Positions 25,763 to 35,007 of a stretch of 64,000 nucleotides of DNA are shown piece by piece. The notes under the pieces were generated by a model. It made no database searches. It was not told the DNA's origin and saw only the letters and a list, made by a program, of their open reading frames with translations. Origin of the DNA: a virus; the IMG/VR virus record IMGVR_UViG_3300007513_000007, positions 32,001-96,000 of that record, one strand, 5' to 3'. Each line of letters opens with the position of its first letter. Positions within the stretch are counted from its first letter, which is position 1. A program made the translations under genes and the position numbers.

Positions 25763-26149
25763 TCAGTTCAGGTAGCCCGGAGGATTTTTACCCGCCAAGG
25801 TTCCCCGGTACTTCCACCAGCTAAACCAGGAGCGGTTGTCCAGGTAGCCTTCCTCGTGTTCGTGCATGTACGCCTCAACCTCGAAGGGGATGAGCTTGTA
25901 CGCCTTGGCCCCACCCTTGTGTCGAATCACCAGGATGAGCCAGAACAAAGGGTAGAGGACGAGAAACCCAACCAACAGAAGCTCCATCCACTGCTTGAAG
26001 TGGATGGTCTCGTGGCGTTTCCCGCGCTCTGAAAGCACCTCTCGGCAGAACACGAAGAAGCCAAGACTGATGGCGTATATGTTGATCGGAGACAGGCGAC
26101 TCAAGAAGACTGGCAATCTGCTGTTGTCTACAAAGACAGGCAGCTTCAT
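25763..26149 (-). CDS. small HExxH protein with membrane helix
   Basis: RHETIHFKQ..AY..IPFEVEAY; start ATG 26149 coupled to upstream stop. Confidence 0.75.
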   Translation of the reverse strand: MKLPVFVDNSRLPVFLSRLSPINIYAISLGFFVFCREVLSERGKRHETIHFKQWMELLLVGFLVLYPLFWLILVIRHKGGAKAYKLIPFEVEAYMHEHEEGYLDNRSWFSWWKYRGTLAGKNPPGYLN

Positions 26150-27156
26150 CCCTTTCTCTTGAAGCAAGACCTGACCCAACTCCAAAGGTACTTCAGGAGT
26201 TCCACGAAGGTAACGTCCTCTACGTCCATGTACTCCTGAACACTGGTTTCGGTGGAGAGCCATGAGGTCGGGACATACTGCCACTCGTACATCATCGCTT
26301 GCTTGATTCCGTACTTGGCTTCCACGGCGTCGAGGAACTTGAGGAAATCCTCCCTCGACCAAGTGCCGAAGGCGTCCATGATTCCACAAGCGTTGTGGGA
26401 CGTGTAAGGCGCTGCCACACACGCGGGCTTTGACAGAGATTCCAGGCTGAACATGGGCCACACGTTGTCTTGGGAGAGCCAGTCCTTGTGGTTCTCGATG
26501 TAGTCGCCCATCGGTCCTGCCAGGAGGCCAGCCGGATCACCGTTGTTCTTGCAGTAGGGGGTGTTGGGGCACCTGCACTTCGGCCCTTCGTCACCCTTGC
26601 AGCCACAAGCTGCCATCTCACCGACCCAGTAGATTTCCGGGTAGGAGTGGTTCCCCTGGTCGTTGGGGGGCGGCCCTTTGGGGGCGTACCCGTAGTCGAG
26701 AGGCACCTTGGGCCAATACTGTGCCCACAGCTTCTCGATCCAGGCTTCCCCTTCCTTGCCGTAGTAGACGTTCACGTTCTCGTAGTCGAAGGCAAGGCAA
26801 GTGACCTTTTGCCCAGTGCTGGACTTGTTCATCTCGTCCACGATCTTGAACGCCATGTCCATCGTGTCACCCGGCTCAAAGGTCTTGGCGGCTCCGGGCC
26901 ACGGATACTGGGCTTCAGTGTCCAGAACCAGACCTGCCTGACAGGTGGAGGGTAGCGCCTCCAGCCAATACTTCTGGAGCCAGCCCTCTTTGACGTAGGT
27001 GCCAGCGGGGATCTCCGGGTCCATCATGATGAAGAACGCCCGCTCGATGTTGTTGTCCTTGATGAACTGGATGTACTGCCCTGCGTAGTCTTTGAAGGTT
27101 TCCTCGTCTGTCGCAGGCTTGCCGACGATAGCTTCGTGCCAAATACCAAGTTTCAT
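26146..27156 (-). CDS. hypothetical protein (Trp/Cys-rich)
   Basis: start re-picked at ATG 27156 (ATGA overlap with upstream micro-ORF). Confidence 0.8.
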   Translation of the reverse strand: MKLGIWHEAIVGKPATDEETFKDYAGQYIQFIKDNNIERAFFIMMDPEIPAGTYVKEGWLQKYWLEALPSTCQAGLVLDTEAQYPWPGAAKTFEPGDTMDMAFKIVDEMNKSSTGQKVTCLAFDYENVNVYYGKEGEAWIEKLWAQYWPKVPLDYGYAPKGPPPNDQGNHSYPEIYWVGEMAACGCKGDEGPKCRCPNTPYCKNNGDPAGLLAGPMGDYIENHKDWLSQDNVWPMFSLESLSKPACVAAPYTSHNACGIMDAFGTWSREDFLKFLDAVEAKYGIKQAMMYEWQYVPTSWLSTETSVQEYMDVEDVTFVELLKYLWSWVRSCFKRKG

Positions 27157-27281
27157 TTGCCCATCCATCCATTGAGCACGTCTTGCATGTAGTCGTGCAT
27201 ATGGTTTGTCCAATCCATCAGGTTGCTGATGTTGGACTGGGCCTGTTGGACTTGACTCGGGGTGGGTCCATTGTCGGACAT
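27153..27281 (-). CDS. small hypothetical protein (42 aa)
   Basis: MSDNGPTPSQVQQAQSNISNLMDW...; RBS GGAGG. Confidence 0.6.
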   Translation of the reverse strand: MSDNGPTPSQVQQAQSNISNLMDWTNHMHDYMQDVLNGWMGK

Positions 27282-27319
27282 GGGGAACCTCCATTCCCCT
27301 GCCTGTGCGTATCGGCTTT

Positions 27320-27679
27320 CTACCGCTTCGGAGCCTTCATTAGATAAGTGCGCTTGACGTAAATGGTGTGGCCCGTGAGAGGGTCCAACACGGAGGTCAT
27401 CTTCTTCGCCATCGCTCCCGTCCCGCCAGGGTGCCGCATATCACAACTCCCCTCCACTACCTTGTAGACGACCCCTCGGTGAAGGGGGAACCTTTTGGTA
27501 AGCGGGGGTTGCGGATCGCCTGCCCTGATAGACCACGCGCCATTCTTCTTGTTGTGTTGCCTCTTCCAGCGTTCCCATTCATCCGCGTCTATTGGTCGAA
27601 ACCCTTGCAGTGAAAGCTCCTTTTCACCCATCACGTCTGGATTCAGTTGAACCCAGTCACCCTTACACAGCTTTGTCAT
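27320..27679 (-). CDS. hypothetical protein
   Basis: 119 aa ORF, RBS AAGG. Confidence 0.7.
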   Translation of the reverse strand: MTKLCKGDWVQLNPDVMGEKELSLQGFRPIDADEWERWKRQHNKKNGAWSIRAGDPQPPLTKRFPLHRGVVYKVVEGSCDMRHPGGTGAMAKKMTSVLDPLTGHTIYVKRTYLMKAPKR

Positions 27680-27727
27680 ACCTTACCTGTACCCGGATTT
27701 ACGGAGAAACTACCCCTGCGATCTCGG

Positions 27728-27755
27728 GGGGTTCCGGGGCGATGCCTTGTCCGTA
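27728..27755 (+). promoter_or_regulatory. class I promoter motif
   Basis: exact match upstream of 27779. Confidence 0.8.
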
Positions 27756-27778
27756 GAGAGTTCAAAGGAGGACGAATC

Positions 27779-28207
27779 ATGTCGTTCAAGATTGGAGATA
27801 AGGTACTTTTTGGCCGTAAGCACGGTCAGCAGAGCCTTGGCGAAGTGGTCAAGGTCAACCGCAAGAGCCTGAAGGTGAAGCTCTTGGAACCACGCGGTGT
27901 CTATAAGGCTCACGCGGTGGGAGGCATCTGGCGGTGTGCTCCTTCCCTTTGCACTCTTGTGGCTGACCACAGTCAGTCCCAGTTCCCGGTGATCGAGAAG
28001 CGGTCGGAAGAGGAACTGATGCGTAGCATCGACATTCTCTACTCCCGTATGTCCCCGGAGAACATTTCCTGGGACGGTGAGCGGTCCCGCACCGAGGTCA
28101 AGCGGGCTTACAGCCGACTCAAGGCTCAACTGCGGGTCTGCTTCAAGGAGCTTGGCCGAGAGGTTAGCGAGCACGAAGCGTACACTTACTGCAAGAACAT
28201 GAGGTAG
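27779..28207 (+). CDS. hypothetical protein with KOW/SH3-like N-terminus
   Basis: MSFKIGDKVLF..GEVVKVNRKSLKVKL; RBS AAGGAGG. Confidence 0.8.
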   Translation: MSFKIGDKVLFGRKHGQQSLGEVVKVNRKSLKVKLLEPRGVYKAHAVGGIWRCAPSLCTLVADHSQSQFPVIEKRSEEELMRSIDILYSRMSPENISWDGERSRTEVKRAYSRLKAQLRVCFKELGREVSEHEAYTYCKNMR

Positions 28208-28218
28208 CAAAAGCTGTC

Positions 28219-28632
28219 ATGATTATCGAAAGGCTCTACCAGGGGAAGGGTATCCCTGAAGGGACTCGCCCCGACCGCATTAGGCAGGTCCAGAAAGTGC
28301 TGGAAACCCGACTGAAGAACAAGATGCACCAACAGTACAACTGGTTCGCTGTCGCTACCAAGGCAGTGGAGGCTGGGCACTGGGGTGGCGTGCGCCGCAT
28401 CAGGGCCAGACGCAAGTTGGCTGACATGATTGACGAGTGCCGGGTCTTCTTGGGGAAGAGGCCGGTCGAACGCCCAAAGGGGTGGGAGAACTACGGGCTT
28501 CGCTTCGGCTATGGTGCGTGTAGCCGTCAGGACGTGATGGAAAGGTTCGGAACCATCGAGGCTCTGGTCAGCTTCATGCTCTACTTCAGGACCGAACTCG
28601 GCATGGAGATACCGACCTCTTACCGGATTTAG
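28219..28632 (+). CDS. hypothetical protein
   Basis: 137 aa ORF in operon. Confidence 0.75.
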   Translation: MIIERLYQGKGIPEGTRPDRIRQVQKVLETRLKNKMHQQYNWFAVATKAVEAGHWGGVRRIRARRKLADMIDECRVFLGKRPVERPKGWENYGLRFGYGACSRQDVMERFGTIEALVSFMLYFRTELGMEIPTSYRI

Positions 28633-28964
28633 CCCTCTACCGCGCCGGTCAAGGCGGGCATGTCGAGTTCAGTGACGTAGGGTGTGCCTTCGCCAACGTA
28701 GGACCCTTCTGTGTTGTGGGACACCCACTCTTCGGCTTCAGTCCACCGCATACGTTCGACATCCATCAGCGCCTTTACCAAGAGGCATCGTCGGTACACA
28801 AGCACACGCTCACCGTTCGCCTCGATGCTGCCGATGATGGCGCGGTCGTAGGTGTCTCGTGGTTCGAGAACCAGAGCCTTTCCCAGATCCGGTGCGTCCA
28901 CACCGTTGTGCTGCTTGAAGGACTTTGCGTTCAGGGAGCGGCCCCAGTGGTCATCCAATGGCAT
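28629..28964 (-). CDS. hypothetical protein
   Basis: start re-picked at ATG 28964; AIIG..VY..EAEEWV.HN..GSYVGEGTP. Confidence 0.7.
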   Translation of the reverse strand: MPLDDHWGRSLNAKSFKQHNGVDAPDLGKALVLEPRDTYDRAIIGSIEANGERVLVYRRCLLVKALMDVERMRWTEAEEWVSHNTEGSYVGEGTPYVTELDMPALTGAVEG

Positions 28965-29038
28965 GAGATCCTCGCTTGATGGGTTTTCGCTTCGCGTCTT
29001 CCCGTACCTTGGGGCCAGGATAGCCACACTATCGCGCC

Positions 29039-29377
29039 TCACGCCTGCGGGAACCCCGCCATGTACTCCTTGGCGGCTTCCTCCAACGCCACCTTGAGGG
29101 ATCTTTGCTTCTCCAAGGGCAACGGGATGGACTCGCCGTCCGGTCGAGGGTGAAAGACCAGCGCCGCCCCAACGATTTGTTGGCCGCACAGGCAAGACGC
29201 CAGAAGGTTGAAGGGGAGGTCCTTGGAAAGCCCGTCTTCGTCAACGTAGACCAACACTCCTGGGATAACAGTGGTGACTGCCTCCAGGTAGCCTCCGTTG
29301 AGAGCTTGTCTGGCTACGTCGTGGCTGATCGGATCGGTGTTCAGCGTCTCTACTGTTCCGTCAGGCTTGAGAATCAT
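29039..29377 (-). CDS. DUF3846-like protein
   Basis: GGYLEAV..VYVDEDGL.KDLPFN..AS..IVG; start may lie further upstream. Confidence 0.65.
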   Translation of the reverse strand: MILKPDGTVETLNTDPISHDVARQALNGGYLEAVTTVIPGVLVYVDEDGLSKDLPFNLLASCLCGQQIVGAALVFHPRPDGESIPLPLEKQRSLKVALEEAAKEYMAGFPQA

Positions 29378-29645
29378 TGAGGTGCCTCCTAATCGCACCT
29401 CTGCTTCTACGTTGGAGGGGGTGGTAACAGCCCCCCTGAAACTTTTTTGAAGGTAGCTGTCAGAAAGAGTGATGTCGGACGTCCCCCCACTGTTTCTTTC
29501 GACCGTAGGAGTTGTTGCTGAATCATCTAAAAGATGAAGACATAGTAATATCAACTACTTACGTCGATCCTTTGATTCGATGGCCGGGAATCGCGGATGT
29601 TGAATCACGGGTTTTAGAGGCTCAAATCAGAGCCAACCGGTGGAC

Positions 29646-30707
29646 TCAGTCCTGGTATTGAGGCTTCAATCCGAGGTGAGTTCCCAAGGTTTTGAACATT
29701 TCGTTGTGCGGTTCCCCGCCGTTTGAAGCAACGACGATATGGATGCACTCATGCAAGACCACTTGCTTTAGGTACTCCATGCTCTTCCCCGCCGCAGGGG
29801 AGATGGAAACCACAGTGTATGGCCGACGGTCGCTTGGCTGTTCTGTAAGGCCAACGGCTCCGGGTGGCAGCCGGATCTTGGAAAAGCCTACCGAGATGCT
29901 CTGGGGGCCTCCCACTAAAGCAAGGTTGCCTGGGAAGAGTTCCTCCCTCGCGGCAAGAGCCTTGTTCAAAGTCATGATGAACAAGGGCCTCAATACTTCC
30001 GCAGAAGCGGTTGCCCGCATCAGCAACCCTTCCAGTGCTTCAGCCCAAGGATAGCCTTGGACTACCATCTCATTCCCGATGTAGTAGGCCCAGTCGAATA
30101 CCCGTGCCCAGTGATCTGGTATCCGGGGTGCCTCGAACACTGCGCCTTCCGTGGGGTACACCACTGTTCCCAACGACCAGATGTTCGAGGGTTGGAATAC
30201 CGTTCGGCAATCAACGCTGGTGTACTGGCCCATTCCTCGAACATCCGGGACCTTGAATCTCCAGCCCTCGGGCAAAGGTTCGAGAGCAGCTTGTGGGGTT
30301 GACGACGCCAGTGCAAAGCAGAGAGCTTCCACTCCTTCCAGGGAGGGTCCCCAGTAGTCTCGCTGCTGTCCCCAGTGGGAGAGGGCTTCTTTGACGGCCT
30401 GTGATGTAGGTGTGGGGGGTTGGATGTCTTCGAGGATCTGGCGGCGAACATAGAAATCCTTCTTGGACCCCCGAAACGAACGCTCACCCAGTTCCACCTC
30501 GTAGCCGACTACCACACCCAGCCGAATCACCACACCCTGAATGGTTCCGGTCTTGCCTCGCTCTGGCAGCAGGTCGCCCCCAGCCGCCTGGGATACTTCG
30601 GCCCGCTTCCCCACAAGATGGTGCTTCCGCTGGATGTCTTCCATGCCTGCTTCGAGGGGCAAGTCTCGATCCCCAATCGGGGCGCTATGGGATGTTCGCT
30701 CACGCAC
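29646..30707 (-). CDS. SprT-like zincin domain protein
   Basis: C-terminal VLHECIH...GEPHNEMF; start uncertain. Confidence 0.75.
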   Translation of the reverse strand: MRERTSHSAPIGDRDLPLEAGMEDIQRKHHLVGKRAEVSQAAGGDLLPERGKTGTIQGVVIRLGVVVGYEVELGERSFRGSKKDFYVRRQILEDIQPPTPTSQAVKEALSHWGQQRDYWGPSLEGVEALCFALASSTPQAALEPLPEGWRFKVPDVRGMGQYTSVDCRTVFQPSNIWSLGTVVYPTEGAVFEAPRIPDHWARVFDWAYYIGNEMVVQGYPWAEALEGLLMRATASAEVLRPLFIMTLNKALAAREELFPGNLALVGGPQSISVGFSKIRLPPGAVGLTEQPSDRRPYTVVSISPAAGKSMEYLKQVVLHECIHIVVASNGGEPHNEMFKTLGTHLGLKPQYQD

Positions 30708-31032
30708 CCTTCACCCCAATCAGCTTGAGCTTCGTGTCTACCAGGGCATCTGAAAAGGCTGTCTCGAACACTTCGAGGACCTCGTCCGTCCCTGACCCCG
30801 ATACCATCCGCACAGTGTTGAAGTCCTCAATCTCGAAGTCTCCGTCCTCGAAGACTTGGATGCGAGCCTTGAACTTGACGGGCTTCACCTTGCTTGTCGG
30901 CTTTTGGCGCATGTCGATCTTCCCTTTGGCGAAGATCAATGGCTCGTCTTCGGCTTGGGATACCCGAGGGCGCACGTCCATCATGCGGATCACCGTTCGG
31001 ACAATCACGCTTTGCTGATAGATGGGGATCAT
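30700..31032 (-). CDS. hypothetical protein
   Basis: 110 aa ORF; start uncertain. Confidence 0.6.
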   Translation of the reverse strand: MIPIYQQSVIVRTVIRMMDVRPRVSQAEDEPLIFAKGKIDMRQKPTSKVKPVKFKARIQVFEDGDFEIEDFNTVRMVSGSGTDEVLEVFETAFSDALVDTKLKLIGVKGA

Positions 31033-31096
31033 GGCTCTGCTCGACTGTTCAAGGAGGTTACCTCCGTCGAGCGGTTGGGATAGCCTTGCTACCGCA

Positions 31097-31609
31097 TCAG
31101 GCGTTCAACCAAAACGGAGGGTCACACCGGGTCCAGGTAGGAACCTTGCCCCGCTTTCCCCAGTTGGCGTACTTCTCCTGAAGCACCTTACGGTACGCCT
31201 TGTGCGTGTCATCGCCCTCAAACCCCTTGGCTGCTTCGCAGCGAGGCCATTCGGAAGGGGTCTGGAGATCGGCTCGGGTCTGAATCACCATCAGGCGACC
31301 CATCTGGCCGCAAGCCAGGATTTCGGACGTGGCCTTGTGAACAGTGCCGAAGCGGAACTCATGCTCTTCTACCAAGGCCATCCCGTAGTAAACAAGCCAG
31401 AAGAAGTTGTCCCAGGACTCGCCCGCCCATTGGGCGAAACGGCCACCTGGGTTGTAGGGCTTTCCAAACAAAGGTCCTTCTGCCAACCCTTTGGTGTGCA
31501 GTGCAGTCGTGAGGATGCGGGCCGTCTCGCCCAGTTGAGAGCGGACGTGTTGGTCTGACAGGTGGGTAGCTGCCACCATCGGGTCAGTATCGGTCGCAAA
31601 GACGTTCAT
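31097..31609 (-). CDS. pyrimidine-dimer glycosylase (DenV)-like protein
   Basis: MNVFATDTDP..AA.HLSDQHV..QLGETARIL..W..ES..NF.WL..YG.AL..EH..RF; class I variant GGGGTCTT-N16-CGTA at 31631-31658. Confidence 0.7.
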   Translation of the reverse strand: MNVFATDTDPMVAATHLSDQHVRSQLGETARILTTALHTKGLAEGPLFGKPYNPGGRFAQWAGESWDNFFWLVYYGMALVEEHEFRFGTVHKATSEILACGQMGRLMVIQTRADLQTPSEWPRCEAAKGFEGDDTHKAYRKVLQEKYANWGKRGKVPTWTRCDPPFWLNA

Positions 31610-31648
31610 CTGTGCCTCCATACGAGAAACTACGCATAAGCAAAGGAT

Positions 31649-32626
31649 TCAAGACCCCCCATTATCCCCAGAGTTATCCACAGGGGGCTTGGTGCCAACC
31701 AAAACAGGCTCCCATGAGGGCTTGAGTGCCGTACCCCAACCTTCCCACAGTTGTGCTGCTTCGGATGCGGGTAGCGTCACGGGCATCTCGCTCGGCCCAT
31801 CACTGCTGAACGCCACACCGGGAACGACTTTCTTGAAACCGATGACCTCGCGCTCGGCTTCGGCAAAGAACCCGTCGAGTTCTGCCTCCCTGTCGGTGCC
31901 TTCAACCCCCAACACCTGCTTCATCACCTGCCACTTGGCCTGTGACGGAAGCACGTTGAACCACGGATCGGGCTGCTTTCCCGGCTCCGGGTACGACAGG
32001 TAGTTGCAGGCACGGAACCCACACTCCCCATCAATGGCCTTGCGGCTCTTGCCCGAAGCATCGAACAGGGCACGCAGTTCCTTCTTCAAGGTCACGATGG
32101 AGGTGTTTACTCGTCCAGCCTGCTTGTCCAAAGTCTTTCCGATGTTGAGGCTCTTCGGGAACCCGCTTCCATACACCCAGGCTTCGAGTTTGATGTCCGT
32201 GAATCCGACTTTCTCCAGTGCTGCGGCCAGCCTGTGGAAAGTCCGCGTCCCACTGAACGCTTTGATGACCCCACCTGATTCAAGTACCCGGTAGGCTTCC
32301 TGCAACCATTGGAGGTGCCATGCTTCCATAGCTTCCAGGTGGTTCCCCATACCTCCCCCGGTCTGGTCATCTGGAAGACCCTCGTTCTCCGCGTTTCGGC
32401 GCTTACCCATTGGTTTCCAATGGTCGTGGGGTTGGGGGCAGTGGCATTTCTTTGCACCGCGCAACCGGCCCCCGCACTCCGCACAAGTCGGATTGGTGGT
32501 TCCGTGCTTGGAGGTGCTGGAGAAGCTGGGCCACTTGATATGCCGTTCACCGATTCCAGGACTGGTGAAGGTGCCGCCATGCTCGTAGGACTTACCGCTC
32601 CCGATCTTGTCCCATTCTTTTCCCAT
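31649..32626 (-). CDS. beta-class N6A/N4C DNA methyltransferase, N-terminal half, second segment
   Basis: (LEF)MGKEWD, EAYRVLESGG..FSGTRTFHRL, WVYGSGFPKS, GWGTALKPSWEP; no FxGxG motif. Confidence 0.85.
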   Translation of the reverse strand: MGKEWDKIGSGKSYEHGGTFTSPGIGERHIKWPSFSSTSKHGTTNPTCAECGGRLRGAKKCHCPQPHDHWKPMGKRRNAENEGLPDDQTGGGMGNHLEAMEAWHLQWLQEAYRVLESGGVIKAFSGTRTFHRLAAALEKVGFTDIKLEAWVYGSGFPKSLNIGKTLDKQAGRVNTSIVTLKKELRALFDASGKSRKAIDGECGFRACNYLSYPEPGKQPDPWFNVLPSQAKWQVMKQVLGVEGTDREAELDGFFAEAEREVIGFKKVVPGVAFSSDGPSEMPVTLPASEAAQLWEGWGTALKPSWEPVLVGTKPPVDNSGDNGGS

Positions 32627-32640
32627 GAACTCAAGGCCAT

Positions 32641-32742
32641 TCAGCCGTAGGGAGGGTCACAAATGACGCTCCCTACGCTGCCCTCCTGGAGTTCGGCCAT
32701 GCGGTTTACGCACTCGCCATGTTTCAGGACAATCTCACTCAT
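32641..32742 (-). CDS. DNA methyltransferase N-terminal 33-aa segment ending DPPYG-stop
   Basis: MSEIVLKHGECVNRMAELQEGSVGSVICDPPYG then TGA; homology resumes 8 nt later in another frame. Confidence 0.85.
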   Translation of the reverse strand: MSEIVLKHGECVNRMAELQEGSVGSVICDPPYG

Positions 32743-33568
32743 CCTCTTCCTCCCTTTGCTGCATCTCCTCTTGGAGTTGCATCCACTTCTGTGCAGACAG
32801 AAGCAGTTCCTCGTCCGGTAGCGTGGACGGGTTCGCTGGGGCCTCCCCCATCGCCACGCATCCTGCCTCATGTTCGTCCATGATGGTTACCAGCTTGGCT
32901 ATGGAGGAGGCATCTCGGAGAGGTCTCTCCAGCGGCTCTTCTTTCCGAGGCTCGAACCAAAGCTGGTCGCCATAGTTCATGAGAAACTCGTCACCTTTGT
33001 GGATGTCCCTCCAAGCAGTGAAATCCAGGAACCTGCGCTGTGTTTTGGGGCAAACGTAGGCGAGCGCAATCGTGTTCCAGTTCTCCTCGGAATGGTTGTA
33101 GAGCATCCCGTACCCCAGTGCGAGGCACTTTACCGGGTCCCTTCTCCAAGGAATGACCATATGCGCCATCAAGGTGAGCTTCGCCATAGACTGGGGGGAG
33201 TCCCTTTGATCTAATGGGCCGGGTGCATACGGTTCCGTGACCACCGACAGGATGGCCTTGTCGGACGTGTAGTTGGTCATGTCTACCGTGTTGTGGGCGA
33301 GTCCGTGCCGCACACTCCCCGCGTTAGTGCAGATGACAAAAACGGGACACCTCTCCACCAATGTCCCTGCCGGTATGTCTTCTCGGGCGTAGATCCCTAT
33401 CCCGGCAGTGCCCTGCCTCATCTCAATCAGGGGGCCGGGTGCTGGCGCTATGTCCGTATGCCCCCACAACGTGCCGCACTGCTTACACTTCCGATAGTTC
33501 TTCGAGCGCCATTGAAAACCGCATGATTGACAAGTAAAGGTGAGGTGTCGAAGGGTTTTCTCGCCCAT
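32735..33568 (-). CDS. SET-domain protein with N-terminal Zn ribbon
   Basis: GIGIYAREDIPAGTLVE, GYGMLYNHS, FTAWRDIHKGDEFLMNYG; CQSC..CKQC. Confidence 0.9.
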   Translation of the reverse strand: MGEKTLRHLTFTCQSCGFQWRSKNYRKCKQCGTLWGHTDIAPAPGPLIEMRQGTAGIGIYAREDIPAGTLVERCPVFVICTNAGSVRHGLAHNTVDMTNYTSDKAILSVVTEPYAPGPLDQRDSPQSMAKLTLMAHMVIPWRRDPVKCLALGYGMLYNHSEENWNTIALAYVCPKTQRRFLDFTAWRDIHKGDEFLMNYGDQLWFEPRKEEPLERPLRDASSIAKLVTIMDEHEAGCVAMGEAPANPSTLPDEELLLSAQKWMQLQEEMQQREEEDE

Positions 33569-35007
33569 CACTCCCCCCACCCGAAGAAATCATCAAGGCT
33601 CTGTTCTTCCTGCTCTACCTTGGGGGCTTCCGACTCGATTGACGCACGATTCCAGCCCTGGTTCTCTGCGTTCCAGTGCCTTACACGGGCATCCGCAATC
33701 TGGATGTACTCTTCTTCCCGCTCAATGCCGATCCCAGAGTGTCCGGTTTTTGTACAGGCGATCATGGTCGTGCCGGAACCAAGAAAAGGGTCCACCACAA
33801 GCCCCTCTTTAGGCACTGTCTCAAGGAGTCTTCGCATCACCTCTACGGGCTTCACCGTCGGATGGGAGTTGTGCCGCTTCTGAACCCCTCGGTTTCGAGG
33901 ATTGTCACCACCCGGATTGCCTTCCTTTCGTCCGTCGTCCCTTTGTGCTGCCTCGATAGAAGCGCACCCTGCTTCTCGTTCGGCTCTCGAAGGCTTGGCG
34001 ACGTAGTGTAGGCGGTCTTCTGGGCTGTCTGCGACAAGGATGCAGTCCCGTACTTCAAAGCCTGCATCCTCCCCGGCACAAGCACCCTTGAACCCCGTAT
34101 CTTCGGATGCCAGAAGCAAGTGCCCTCCTGGCTTCATGACCCGGAGGGCCTCCCCGATCCAATCCCCAACAGCATTGTCTGATTCAGTGAGGATGGCATG
34201 TACCGTGCCGTCTTCGTGCTTGGCCCAGTCGAAATCCGAGGGGTTGGCAATAACAAGGGTGTTGCAGTCATCCAGGTGGTCAGGGGAGACCATCGTCTGA
34301 AGGTATTCTCGGAGTTCTTTGGGGAGCATGAAGTTCTTTACCCGTCCTGAAGGTTGTTTGACCCTCTCCTGGGGGAACTGGTGAAAGAATCGGGCAGCAC
34401 CCCCGGCATCTGCAAACCCCCGTTCAGTTGTGTCCGTGACGGAGTTGGGGTTCCACACCATCGATCCACCCCCTGTCGGATAGATGGGGTTGCCGGTGGG
34501 CTTGCGTACCACCCCTTTAGTGACTCCGCTCTGTTCATCGAGGTCGGCCACAAGGCACCCATCGACACACTCCCAAGCGGGGATCGTTTCGTTTCCGTCC
34601 GGGTCTGTTGCAGGGGACTCCCACGCATCTGGTCGGACATCTTTGCTGCGGCGTGCGCCCCAACCGTGGCGGGGATCTGGCTTTCCCTTTGGGCCGTTGG
34701 GATACCCTTGATGACCCTTCACCTTACGCACGCCGAGGTGCTCGCATCCAGGTTGGTGCTGAAGCACCAAGTTCCCCGGCCAACGGCCAAGAACCTGTCC
34801 GTCCTTCTGGTGGGTGGCGGTTGACCCATAAGCCCCGAAGATACCGTTCCCTTTGGCTGCTTCAGCAGGCTTCGAGTGGGTACTGACCACTTCGCCGTGG
34901 GCTGCTACACGGCATCGGTCGATATTGAGGCCGCCTGTTCCATGATTCAGGGCACATGCAGCAACCGTAGACCCCAGAGGTTTACGGAGAAGGTGGACGG
35001 TTTTCAT
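33568..35007 (-). CDS. beta-class DNA methyltransferase, C-terminal half (SAM-binding)
   Basis: RKPL..GTGGLNIDRCR, GRWPGN, AARFF, HPTVKP, VVDPFLGSGTT, GIEREEEY; DPPY position degenerate (ILTESD). Confidence 0.88.
   Translation of the reverse strand: MKTVHLLRKPLGSTVAACALNHGTGGLNIDRCRVAAHGEVVSTHSKPAEAAKGNGIFGAYGSTATHQKDGQVLGRWPGNLVLQHQPGCEHLGVRKVKGHQGYPNGPKGKPDPRHGWGARRSKDVRPDAWESPATDPDGNETIPAWECVDGCLVADLDEQSGVTKGVVRKPTGNPIYPTGGGSMVWNPNSVTDTTERGFADAGGAARFFHQFPQERVKQPSGRVKNFMLPKELREYLQTMVSPDHLDDCNTLVIANPSDFDWAKHEDGTVHAILTESDNAVGDWIGEALRVMKPGGHLLLASEDTGFKGACAGEDAGFEVRDCILVADSPEDRLHYVAKPSRAEREAGCASIEAAQRDDGRKEGNPGGDNPRNRGVQKRHNSHPTVKPVEVMRRLLETVPKEGLVVDPFLGSGTTMIACTKTGHSGIGIEREEEYIQIADARVRHWNAENQGWNRASIESEAPKVEQEEQSLDDFFGWGE

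Noticed and set aside
32641-32643. TGA read-through, selenocysteine or genome-wide stop recoding
   Set aside because: Homology resumes in a different frame, so read-through alone cannot restore it; TGA, TAG and TAA all end other genes normally.
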